Assembly (NCBI RefSeq): GCF_009914755.1 | Contig: NC_060941.1 | DNA from: the human T2T-CHM13v2.0 reference genome, Homo sapiens | Direction: 5' to 3' (one strand) | DNA: 64,000 nt | In this document: in pieces, positions 9,513 through 22,309 of the stretch | Layout of the letters: every line of letters begins with the position of its first letter | How positions within the stretch are numbered: the stretch's first letter is position 1 | Notes under the pieces: model-generated | Told to the model about the DNA's origin: nothing | Databases searched by the model: none | The model's input: the letters and a program-made list of their open reading frames with translations, nothing else | Program-made: the position numbers and the translations under genes

Positions 9513-12500
9513 GTGTCCTGGAAAGCGGTGTCGGCTTGCAGGAGCCCCAGGGCTTTTAGAAGCGGGCCAGGCCACCGCTCTTTCAAAGGAGGAGGGAGGC
9601 AGAGGGCTCACGGATCAGTGAATTTTCCGCTGACAGCAGGCCTTGAGGGCCATGGGATCATTCTGTGCTTCAGCGAGGCCCTGCCTGCCTCAGCAGATGT
9701 GGTGAGCCCATCCTTTCTCGCCCAGAGTGGTCCAAAATCGCATCTGAAGAGGAGTCCTGAGAACCCAGCAGGCGCCCTGAAGCTCCCCGTCCATCGGTGG
9801 AAGTCGGCTCAAGGAGGTCCTGAAGACGGGACTCCTGGGGGCTCGGCCCTGGGACACCCGTGGCCCCCTCTCCCACGCGGCCCCAAACTGGACCCCGGAT
9901 CCAGCCGCAGCCGCGGCTGCAGCAGGCGCGCCCCCTGCCGCCGCGCAGCCGCCCGTATTTAAAGGGGACGCAGCCTGCCTGACTGCCAGGAGCCAAGCGC
10001 GAGTCGGCCCAGCCAAAGCGCATGCGCGAGGCGCGCGCCGCTTTTTGCTTCACAGTGCTTCCCACGGTTGTCTTAGGAACCAGTCCCCGAGGCTTGGCAA
10101 CGCGGGAGCCCTCCGTGGCGGCGCCTGGGTGTCGGGCCTCCGAGGCTCCGGCCTGACCTCTCCACGGGGTCCACAGGAACGTCTCCGGCTGCCAGGAGTC
10201 ACAAGGGGCCGAGCAGGATGAGGAAACCACAGGCGGAGTCCGGGGGAAGCAGCGTGGCATCCCAGCCTCAGGCCTGCCAGGACGGTGTTCGGGTGAGTCT
10301 CCCGAGAAGTCGTGCCCCCGTGATCTCGAGGACAGGTCCGCCTGCGTGCCCGAGGGCTGTTCTCTCAGCCGAGGGTTGTTCCCCTCCAGAGCAGAACCCG
10401 GCAGCCGCAGGGGTTGCCTGGGGGCGTGCATTGCTCGGCCACCGCGGTAGGACTGTGTGTGGGGCTGTGTCTCCCATTCTCCCTTCTCTCTCTGTCTCTC
10501 ACCCTCTGTGTGCTTCTTTCCCTCTGTGTGTGTGTGTGTGTGTGTGTGTCTTTGGACGAATGTGCCCTGTGCGTCAAAAAGGGATGTCTTTTATGTGGAC
10601 CGGTCTTTGGTGAGCCTCTTTCTGCGTCTCTCCCTGGGTCCTGCGGCCAGCTGTCCATCGTCTTCGCGGCGGTTCCACTTTGGGTCTGTGCAGGCCTCGA
10701 TAACGTGAGGGGATGCATCGGGCCCGGAGCAGTGGAAGTCTCATCCCCATCCTGAGCGGCCTCTTTTCTAGGATCGAGAGGACCACACTGCAGCCCAGGA
10801 CAAAAGCCCCACGGTAGCACATTGTCCGGCAGGAGAGGAGCAGACCCACGTCCAAGAAGATGGTTTTACCTTTCCACGCCCCTTCTCTGCGAAATGAAGC
10901 CACACCACCACACAGTCTTGAAGAGGAAGCCTGGAATGGGAGACGGCAACAAGCCCCGTCCCTGGAACGCTGGCCTCTCTGGACAAGCCACCCGCTTCGC
11001 ACCCCTCCTCTTATGCCCGTGGCGGTGGCACGGCGCTGTATCCTGCCTGGGCTATGGCCTCTGCTCTGTCGTCCCTCTTGCTCTGTCTCCCCTGTTTCTG
11101 AGCGGCCTAGATGCCTCTCGGTCTGGCTGAATATCTTCTACGAAGATCACTTCCCCGTCCATCAGGGAGACACTTCCTGGAGATCCGTGTCATGACTGTT
11201 TCTCTCTCCAAGCCTGTTTCTGCTGGATTGCGCAGGTCTGATGACCCTGGGGCTCTTGGCTTCCATACGTGTCTCAGACAGGGAAGCTTCCTCGGTCTCC
11301 GTGTTTCACCTCATGGGTGGGTGGATTGCCTAGGATGAGCGAGCGCTAGGCCGGCGAGACTGGCCTTGTCTTCTAGGACAAGTGCATTTCCCCTGCGCTT
11401 CCTGTCTCACTCTTGAGGGACATCCTCTCCTCCGCTCACAGGTGGACAGACTCCCTGGATCTTTTGGCTGTAACGAATGTCAGGAAACAAAGGGACTGCG
11501 CTGGGACTGGGGCTGGGGCTGCGTGCAGGGGAGGTTGCGTCAGGGCTAGCTGGGTGGTGGAGGGTTGGGGGTGGGGTGACTGTTGCAGAAACCTCTGTGG
11601 TCCTCTGGCAGGCATTTCAACATGTGGCTTGGCTGAGGCACAAGCCCCGTCCAGGTTCCCAGGTCTTCTTTGTGTTCCCTTGGCACTCAGGGAAAGGCCA
11701 CTTGATCCCCTTTCTACCGGGCGCATGCCTGGGCACCACTGTTGCTTTCGCCCTCGCCCCACATGCCTCCGGTGACATACATTCACGCCATCTGCTCTGG
11801 TATACGCCAGTGCCAGGCGTGATCGCATTGTCTCCACCTGGGATTCGCCCCGTCCCTGTCTGCACGTGTCCTGGAAAGCGGTGTCGGCTTGCAGGAGCCC
11901 CAGGGCTTTTAGAAGCGGGCCAGGCCACCGCTCTTTCAAAGGAGGAGGGAGGCAGAGGGCTCACGGATCAGTGAATTTTCCGCTGACAGCAGGCCTTGAG
12001 GGCCATGGGATCATTCTGTGCTGCAGCGAGGCCCTGCCTGCCTCAGCAGATGTGGTGAGCCCATCCTTTCTCGCCCAGAGTGGTCCAAAATCGCATCTGA
12101 AGAGGAGTCCTGAGAACCCAGCAGGCGCCCTGAAGCTCCCCGTCCATCGGTGGAAGTCGGCTCAAGGAGGTCCTGAAGACGGGACTCCTGGGGGCTCGGC
12201 CCTGGGACACCCGTGGCCCCCTCTCCCACGCGGCCCCAAACTGGACCCCGGATCCAGCCGCAGCCGCGGCTGCAGCAGGCGCGCCCCCTGCCGCCGCGCA
12301 GCCGCCCGTATTTAAAGGGGACGCAGCCTGCCTGACTGCCAGGAGCCAAGCGCGAGTCGGCCCAGCCAAAGCGCATGCGCGAGCCGCGCGCCGCTTTTTG
12401 CTTCACAGTGCTTCCCACGGTTGTCTTAGGAACCAGTCCCCGAGGCTTGGCAACGCGGGAGCCCTCCGTGGCAGCGCTTGGGTGTCGGGCCTCCGAGGCT

Positions 12501-12874
12501 CCGGCCTGACCTCTCCACGGGGTCCACAGGAACGTCTCCGGCTGCCAGGAGTCGCAAGGGGCCGAGCAGGATGAGGAAACCACAGGCGGAGTCCGGGGGA
12601 AGCAGCGTGGCATCCCAGCCTCAGGCCTGCCAGGACGGTGTTCGGGTGAGTCTCCCGAGAAGTCGTGCCCCCGTGATCTCGAGGACAGGTCCGCCTGCGT
12701 GCCCGAGGGCTGTTCTCTCAGCCGAGGGTTGTTCCCCTCCAGAGCAGAACCCGGCAGCCGCAGGGGTTGCCTGGGGGCGTGTATTTCTCGGCCACCGCGG
12801 TAGGACTGTGTGTGGGGCTGTGTCTCCCATTCTCCCTTCTCTCTCTGTCTCTCACCCTCTGTGTGCTTCTTTCC

Positions 12875-12915
<41 letters not shown>

Positions 12916-15200
12916 TTTGGACGAATGTGCCCTGTGCGTCAAAAAGTGATGTCTTTTATGTGGACCGGTCTTTGGTGAGCCTCTTTCTGCGTCTCTCCCT
13001 GGGTCCTGCGGCCAGCTGTCCATCGTCTTCGCGGCGGTTCCACTTTGGGTCTGTGCAGGCCTCGATAACGTGAGGGGATGCATCGGGCCCGGAGCAATGG
13101 AAGTCTCATCCCCATCCTGAGCGGCCTCTTTTCTAGGATCGAGAGGACCACACTGCAGCCCAGGACAAAAGCCCCACGGTAGCACATTGTCCGGCAGGAG
13201 AGGAGCAGACCCACGTCCAAGAAGATGGTTTTACCTTTCCACGCCCCTTCTCTGCGAAATGAAGCCACACCACCACACAGTCTTGAAGAGGAAGCCTGGA
13301 ATGGGAGACGGCAACAAGCCCCGTCCCTGGAACGCTGGCCTCTCTGGACAAGCCACCCGCTTCGCACCCCTCCTCTTATGCCCGTGGCGGTGGCACGGCG
13401 CTGTATCCTGCCTGGGCTATGGCCTCTGCTCTGTCGTCCCTCTTGCTCTGTCTCCCCTGTTTCTGAGCGGCCTAGATGCCTCTCGGTCTGGCTGAATATC
13501 TTCTACGAAGATCACTTCCCCGTCCATCAGGGAGACACTTCCTGGAGATCCGTGTCATGACTGTTTCTCTCTCCAAGCCTGTTTCTGCTGGATTGCGCAG
13601 GTCTGATGACCCTGGGGCTCTTGGCTTCCATACGTGTCTCAGACAGGGAAGCTTCCTCGGTCTCCGTGTTTCACCTCATGGGTGGGTGGATTGCCTAGGA
13701 TGAGCGAGCGCTAGGCCGGCGAGACTGGCCTTGTCTTCTAGGACAAGTGCATTTCCCCTGCGCTTCCTGTCTCACTCTTGAGGGACATCCTCTCCTCCGC
13801 TCACAGGTGGACAGACTCCCTGGATCTTTTGGCTGTAACGAATGTCAGGAAACAAAGGGACTGCGCTGGGACTGGGGCTGGGGCTGCGTGCAGGGGAGGT
13901 TGCGTCAGGGCTAGCTGGGTGGTGGAGGGTTGGGGGTGGGGTGACTGTTGCAGAAACCTCTGTGGTCCTCTGGCAGGCATTTCAACATGTGGCTTGGCTG
14001 AGGCACAAGCCCCGTCCAGGTTCCCAGGTCTTCTTTGTGTTCCCTTGGCACTCAGGGAAAGGCCACTTGATCCCCTTTCTACCGGGCGCATGCCTGGGCA
14101 CCACTGTTGCTTTCGCCCTCGCCCCACATGCCTCCGGTGACATACATTCACGCCATCTGCTCTGGTATACGCCAGTGCCAGGCGTGATCGCATTGTCTCC
14201 ACCTGGGATTCGCCCGGTCCCTGTCTGCACGTGTCCTGGAAAGCGGTGTCGGCTTGCAGGAGCCCCAGGGCTTTTAGAAGCGGGCCAGGCCACCGCTCTT
14301 TCAAAGGAGGAGGGAGGCAGAGGGCTCACGGATCAGTGAATTTTCCGCTGACAGCAGGCCTTGAGGGCCATGGGATCATTCTGTGCTGCAGCGAGGCCCT
14401 GCCTGCCTCAGCAGATGTGGTGAGCCCATCCTTTCTCGCCCAGAGTGGTCCAAAATCGCATCTGAAGAGGAGTCCTGAGAACCCAGCAGGCGCCCTGAAG
14501 CTCCCCGTCCATCGGTGGAAGTCGGCTCAAGGAGGTCCTGAAGACGGGACTCCTGGGGGCTCGGCCCTGGGACACCCGTGGCCCCCTCTCCCACGCGGCC
14601 CCAAACTGGACCCCGCCCGTATTTAAAGGGGACGCAGCCTGCCTGACTGCCAGGAGCCAAGCGCGAGTCGGCCCAGCCAAAGCGCATGCGCGAGGCGCGC
14701 GCCGCTTTTTGCTTCACAGTGCTTCCCACGGTTGTCTTAGGAACCAGTCCCCGAGGCTTGGCAACGCGGGAGCCCTCCGTGGCAGCGCTTGGGTGTCGGG
14801 CCTCCGAGGCTCCGGCCTGACCTCTCCACGGGGTCCACAGGAACGTCTCCGGCTGCCAGGAGTCGCAAGGGGCCGAGCAGGATGAGGAAACCACAGGCGG
14901 AGTCCGGGGGAAGCAGCGTGGCATCCCAGCCTCAGGCATGCCAGGACGGTGTTCGGGTGAGTCTCCCGAGAAGTCGTGCCCCCGTGATCTCGAGGACAGG
15001 TCCGCCTGCGTGCCCGAGGGCTGTTCTCTCAGCCGAGGGTTGTTCCCCTCCAGAGCAGAACCCGGCAGCCGCAGGGGTTGCCTGGGGGCGTGCATTGCTC
15101 GGCCACCGCGGTAGGACTGTGTGTGGGGCTGTGTCTCCCATTCTCCCTTCTCTCTCTGTCTCTCACCCTCTGTGTGCTTCTTTCCCTCTGTGTGTGTGTG

Positions 15201-15235
<35 letters not shown>

Positions 15236-18200
15236 CTTTGGACGAATGTGCCCTGTGCGTCAAAAAGGGATGTCTTTTATGTGGACCGGTCTTTGGTGAG
15301 CCTCTTTCTGCGTCTCTCCCTGGGTCCTGCGGCCAGCTGTCCATCGTCTTCGCGGCGGTTCCACTTTGGGTCTGTGCAGGCCTCGATAACGTGAGGGGAT
15401 GCATCGGGCCCGGAGCAGTGGAAGTCTCATCCCCATCCTGAGCGGCCTCTTTTCTAGGATCGAGAGGACCACACTGCAGCCCAGGACAAAAGCCCCACGG
15501 TAGCACATTGTCCGGCAGGAGAGGAGCAGACCCACGTCCAAGAAGATGGTTTTACCTTTCCACGCCCCTTCTCTGCGAAATGAAGCCACACCACCACACA
15601 GTCTTGAAGAGGAAGCCTGGAATGGGAGACGGCAACAAGCCCCGTCCCTGGAACGCTGGCCTCTCTGGACAAGCCACCCGCTTCGCACCCCTCCTCTTAT
15701 GCCCGTGGCGGTGGCACGGCGCTGTATCCTGCCTGGGCTATGGCCTCTGCTCTGTCGTCCCTCTTGCTCTGTCTCCCCTGTTTCTGAGCGGCCTAGATGC
15801 CTCTCGGTCTGGCTGAATATCTTCTACGAAGATCACTTCCCCGTCCATCAGGGAGACACTTCCTGGAGATCCGTGTCATGACTGTTTCTCTCTCCAAGCC
15901 TGTTTCTGCTGGATTGCGCAGGTCTGATGACCCTGGGGCTCTTGGCTTCCATACGTGTCTCAGACAGGGAAGCTTCCTCGGTCTCCGTGTTTCACCTCAT
16001 GGGTGGGTGGATTGCCTAGGATGAGCGAGCGCTAGGCCGGCGAGACTGGCCTTGTCTTCTAGGACAAGTGCATTTCCCCTGCGCTTCCTGTCTCACTCTT
16101 GAGGGACATCCTCTCCTCCGCTCACAGGTGGACAGACTCCCTGGATCTTTTGGCTGTAACGAATGTCAGGAAACAAAGGGACTGCGCTGGGACTGGCGCT
16201 GGGGCTGCGTGCAGGGGAGGTTGCGTCAGGGCTAGCTGGGTGGTGGAGGGTTGGGGGTGGGGTGACTGTTGCAGAAACCTCTGTGGTCCTCTGGCAGGCA
16301 TTTCAACATGTGGCTTGGCTGAGGCACAAGCCCCGTCCAGGTTCCCAGGTCTTCTTTGTGTTCCCTTGGCACTCAGGGAAAGGCCACTTGATCCCCTTTC
16401 TACCGGGCGCATGCCTGGGCACCACTGTTGTTTTCGCCCTCGCCCCACATGCCTCCGGTGACATACATTCACGCCATCTGCTCTGGTATACGCCAGTGCC
16501 AGGCGTGATCGCATTGTCTCCACCTGGGATTCGCCCCGTCCCTGTCTGCACGTGTCCTGGAAAGCGGTGTCGGCTTGCAGGAGCCCCAGGGCTTTTAGAA
16601 GCGGGCCAGGCCACCGCTCTTTCAAAGGAGGAGGGAGGCAGAGGGCTCACGGATCAGTGAATTTTCCGCTGACAGCAGGCCTTGAGGGCCATGGGATCAT
16701 TCTGTGCTGCAGCGAGGCCCTGCCTGCCTCAGCAGATGTGGTGAGCCCATCCTTTCTCGCCCAGAGTGGTCCAAAATCGCATCTGAAGAGGAGTCCTGAG
16801 AACCCAGCAGGCGCCCTGAAGCTCCCCGTCCATCGGTGGAAGTCGGCTCAAGGAGGTCCTGAAGACGGGACTCCTGGGGGCTCGGCCCTGGGACACCCGT
16901 GGCCCCCTCTCCCACGCGGCCCCAAACTGGACCCCGGATCCAGCCGCAGCCGCGGCTGCAGCAGGCGCGCCCCCTGCCGCCGCGCAGCCGCCCGTATTTA
17001 AAGGGGACGCAGCCTGCCTGACTGCCAGGAGCCAAGCGCGAGTCGGCCCAGCCAAAGCGCATGCGCGAGGCGCGCGCCGCTTTTTGCTTCACAGTGCTTC
17101 CCACGGTTGTCTTAGGAACCAGTCCCCGAGGCTTGGCAACGCGGGAGCCCTCCGTGGCGGCGCCTGGGTGTCGGGCCTCCGAGGCTCCGGCCTGACCTCT
17201 CCACGGGGTCCACAGGAACGTCTCCGGCTGCCAGGAGTCACAAGGGGCCGAGCAGGATGAGGAAACCACAGGCGGAGTCCGGGGGAAGCAGCGTGGCATC
17301 CCAGCCTCAGGCCTGCCAGGACGGTGTTCGGGTGAGTCTCCCGAGAAGTCGTGCCCCCGTGATCTCGAGGACAGGTCCGCCTGCGTGCCCGAGGGCTGTT
17401 CTCTCAGCCGAGGGTTGTTCCCCTCCAGAGCAGAACCCGGCAGCCGCAGGGGTTGCCTGGGGGCGTGCATTGCTCGGCCACCGCGGTAGGACTGTGTGTG
17501 GGGCTGTGTCTCCCATTCTCCCTTCTCTCTCTGTCTCTCACCCTCTGTGTGCTTCTTTCCCTCTGTGTGTGTGTGTGTGTGTGTGTGTCTTTGGACGAAT
17601 GTGCCCTGTGCGTCAAAAAGGGATGTCTTTTATGTGGACCGGTCTTTGGTGAGCCTCTTTCTGCGTCTCTCCCTGGGTCCTGCGGCCAGCTGTCCATCGT
17701 CTTCGCGGCGGTTCCACTTTGGGTCTGTGCAGGCCTCGATAACGTGAGGGGATGCATCGGGCCCGGAGCAGTGGAAGTCTCATCCCCATCCTGAGCGGCC
17801 TCTTTTCTAGGATCGAGAGGACCACACTGCAGCCCAGGACAAAAGCCCCACGGTAGCACATTGTCCGGCAGGAGAGGAGCAGACCCACGTCCAAGAAGAT
17901 GGTTTTACCTTTCCACGCCCCTTCTCTGCGAAATGAAGCCACACCACCACACAGTCTTGAAGAGGAAGCCTGGAATGGGAGACGGCAACAAGCCCCGTCC
18001 CTGGAACGCTGGCCTCTCTGGACAAGCCACCCGCTTCGCACCCCTCCTCTTATGCCCGTGGCGGTGGCACGGCGCTGTATCCTGCCTGGGCTATGGCCTC
18101 TGCTCTGTCGTCCCTCTTGCTCTGTCTCCCCTGTTTCTGAGCGGCCTAGATGCCTCTCGGTCTGGCTGAATATCTTCTACGAAGATCACTTCCCCGTCCA

Positions 18201-21200
18201 TCAGGGAGACACTTCCTGGAGATCCGTGTCATGACTGTTTCTCTCTCCAAGCCTGTTTCTGCTGGATTGCGCAGGTCTGATGACCCTGGGGCTCTTGGCT
18301 TCCATACGTGTCTCAGACAGGGAAGCTTCCTCGGTCTCCGTGTTTCACCTCATGGGTGGGTGGATTGCCTAGGATGAGCGAGCGCTAGGCCGGCGAGACT
18401 GGCCTTGTCTTCTAGGACAAGTGCATTTCCCCTGCGCTTCCTGTCTCACTCTTGAGGGACATCCTCTCCTCCGCTCACAGGTGGACAGACTCCCTGGATC
18501 TTTTGGCTGTAACGAATGTCAGGAAACAAAGGGACTGCGCTGGGACTGGGGCTGGGGCTGCGTGCAGGGGAGGTTGCGTCAGGGCTAGCTGGGTGGTGGA
18601 GGGTTGGGGGTGGGGTGACTGTTGCAGAAACCTCTGTGGTCCTCTGGCAGGCATTTCAACATGTGGCTTGGCTGAGGCACAAGCCCCGTCCAGGTTCCCA
18701 GGTCTTCTTTGTGTTCCCTTGGCACTCAGGGAAAGGCCACTTGATCCCCTTTCTACCGGGCGCATGCCTGGGCACCACTGTTGCTTTCGCCCTCGCCCCA
18801 CATGCCTCCGGTGACATACATTCACGCCATCTGCTCTGGTATACGCCAGTGCCAGGCGTGATCGCATTGTCTCCACCTGGGATTCGCCCCGTCCCTGTCT
18901 GCACGTGTCCTGGAAAGCGGTGTCGGCTTGCAGGAGCCCCAGGGCTTTTAGAAGCGGGCCAGGCCACCGCTCTTTCAAAGGAGGAGGGAGGCAGAGGGCT
19001 CACGGATCAGTGAATTTTCCGCTGACAGCAGGCCTTGAGGGCCATGGGATCATTCTGTGCTGCAGCGAGGCCCTGCCTGCCTCAGCAGATGTGGTGAGCC
19101 CATCCTTTCTCGCCCAGAGTGGTCCAAAATCGCATCTGAAGAGGAGTCCTGAGAACCCAGCAGGCGCCCTGAAGCTCCCCGTCCATCGGTGGAAGTCGGC
19201 TCAAGGAGGTCCTGAAGACGGGACTCCTGGGGGCTCGGCCCTGGGACACCCGTGGCCCCCTCTCCCACGCGGCCCCAAACTGGACCCGGGATCCAGCCGC
19301 AGCCGCGGCTGCAGCAGGCGCGCCCCCTGCCGCCGCGCAGCCGCCCGTATTTAAAGGGGACGCAGCCTGCCTGACTGCCAGGAGCCAAGCGCGAGTCGGC
19401 CCAGCCAAAGCGCATGCGCGAGGCGCGCGCCGCTTTTTGCTTCACAGTGCTTCCCACGGTTGTCTTAGGAACCAGTCCCCGAGGCTTGGCAACGCGGGAG
19501 CCCTCCGTGGCGGCGCCTGGGTGTCGGGCCTCCGAGGCTCCGGCCTGACCTCTCCACGGGGTCCACAGGAACGTCTCCGGCTGCCAGGAGTCACAAGGGG
19601 CCGAGCAGGATGAGGAAACCACAGGCGGAGTCCGGGGGAAGCAGCGTGGCATCCCAGCCTCAGGCCTGCCAGGACGGTGTTCGGGTGAGTCTCCCGAGAA
19701 GTCGTGCCCCCGTGATCTCGAGGACAGGTCCGCCTGCGTGCCCGAGGGCTGTTCTCTCAGCCGAGGGTTGTTCCCCTCCAGAGCAGAACCCGGCAGCCGC
19801 AGGGGTTGCCTGGGGGCGTGCATTGCTCGGCCACCGCGGTAGGACTGTGTGTGGGGCTGTGTCTCCCATTCTCCCTTCTCTCTCTGTCTCTCACCCTCTG
19901 TGTGCTTCTTTCCCTCTGTGTGTGTGTGTGTGTGTGTGTGTCTTTGGACGAATGTGCCCTGTGCGTCAAAAAGGGATGTCTTTTATGTGGACCGGTCTTT
20001 GGTGAGCCTCTTTCTGCGTCTCTCCCTGGGTCCTGCGGCCAGCTGTCCATCGTCTTCGCGGCGGTTCCACTTTGGGTCTGTGCAGGCCTCGATAACGTGA
20101 GGGGATGCATCGGGCCCGGAGCAGTGGAAGTCTCATCCCCATCCTGAGCGGCCTCTTTTCTAGGATCGAGAGGACCACACTGCAGCCCAGGACAAAAGCC
20201 CCACGGTAGCACATTGTCCGGCAGGAGAGGAGCAGACCCACGTCCAAGAAGATGGTTTTACCTTTCCACGCCCCTTCTCTGCGAAATGAAGCCACACCAC
20301 CACACAGTCTTGAAGAGGAAGCCTGGAATGGGAGACGGCAACAAGCCCCGTCCCTGGAACGCTGGCCTCTCTGGACAAGCCACCCGCTTCGCACCCCTCC
20401 TCTTATGCCCGTGGCGGTGGCACGGCGCTGTATCCTGCCTGGGCTATGGCCTCTGCTCTGTCGTCCCTCTTGCTCTGTCTCCCCTGTTTCTGAGCGGCCT
20501 AGATGCCTCTCGGTCTGGCTGAATATCTTCTACGAAGATCACTTCCCCGTCCATCAGGGAGACACTTCCTGGAGATCCGTGTCATGACTGTTTCTCTCTC
20601 CAAGCCTGTTTCTGCTGGATTGCGCAGGTCTGATGACCCTGGGGCTCTTGGCTTCCATACGTGTCTCAGACAGGGAAGCTTCCTCGGTCTCCGTGTTTCA
20701 CCTCATGGGTGGGTGGATTGCCTAGGATGAGCGAGCGCTAGGCCGGCGAGACTGGCCTTGTCTTCTAGGACAAGTGCATTTCCCCTGCGCTTCCTGTCTC
20801 ACTCTTGAGGGACATCCTCTCCTCCGCTCACAGGTGGACAGACTCCCTGGATCTTTTGGCTGTAACGAATGTCAGGAAACAAAGGGACTGCGCTGGGACT
20901 GGGGCTGGGGCTGCGTGCAGGGGAGGTTGCGTCAGGGCTAGCTGGGTGGTGGAGGGTTGGGGGTGGGGTGACTGTTGCAGAAACCTCTGTGGTCCTCTGG
21001 CAGGCATTTCAACATGTGGCTTGGCTGAGGCACAAGCCCCGTCCAGGTTCCCAGGTCTTCTTTGTGTTCCCTTGGCACTCAGGGAAAGGCCACTTGATCC
21101 CCTTTCTACCGGGCGCATGCCTGGGCACCACTGTTGCTTTCGCCCTCGCCCCACATGCCTCCGGTGACATACATTCACGCCATCTGCTCTGGTATACGCC

Positions 21201-22266
21201 AGTGCCAGGCGTGATCGCATTGTCTCCACCTGGGATTCGCCCCGTCCCTGTCTGCACGTGTCCTGGAAAGCGGTGTCGGCTTGCAGGAGCCCCAGGGCTT
21301 TTAGAAGCGGGCCAGGCCACCGCTCTTTCAAAGGAGGAGGGAGGCAGAGGGCTCACGGATCAGTGAATTTTCCGCTGACAGCAGGCCTTGAGGGCCATGG
21401 GATCATTCTGTGCTGCAGCGAGGCCCTGCCTGCCTCAGCAGATGTGGTGAGCCCATCCTTTCTCGCCCAGAGTGGTCCAAAATCGCATCTGAAGAGGAGT
21501 CCTGAGAACCCAGCAGGCGCCCTGAAGCTCCCCGTCCATCGGTGGAAGTCGGCTCAAGGAGGTCCTGAAGACGGGACTCCTGGGGGCTCGGCCCTGGGAC
21601 ACCCGTGGCCCCCTCTCCCACGCGGCCCCAAACTGGACCCCGGATCCAGCCGCAGCCGCGGCTGCAGCAGGCGCGCCCCCTGCCGCCGCGCAGCCGCCCG
21701 TATTTAAAGGGGACGCAGCCTGCCTGACTGCCAGGAGCCAAGCGCGAGTCGGCCCAGCCAAAGCGCATGCGCGAGGCGCGCGCCGCTTTTTGCTTCACAG
21801 TGCTTCCCACGGTTGTCTTAGGAACCAGTCCCCGAGGCTTGGCAACACAGGAGCCCTCCGTGGCAGCGCTTGGGTGTCGGGCCTCCGAGGCTCCGGCCTG
21901 ACCTCTCCACGGGGTCCACAGGAACGTCTCCGGCTGCCAGGAGTCGCAAGGGGCCGAGCAGGATGAGGAAACCACAGGCGGAGTCCGGGGGAAGCAGCGT
22001 GGCATCCCAGCCTCAGGCCTGCCAGGACGGTGTTCGGGTGAGTCTCCCGAGAAGTCGTGCCCCCGTGATCTCGAGGACAGGTCCGCCTGCGTGCCCGAGG
22101 GCTGTTCTCTCAGCCGAGGGTTGTTCCCCTCCAGAGCAGAACCCGGCAGCCGCAGGGGTTGCCTGGGGGCGTGTATTTCTCGGCCACCGCGGTAGGACTG
22201 TGTGTGGGGCTGTGTCTCCCATTCTCCCTTCTCTCTCTGTCTCTCACCCTCTGTGTGCTTCTTTCC

Positions 22267-22309
<43 letters not shown>

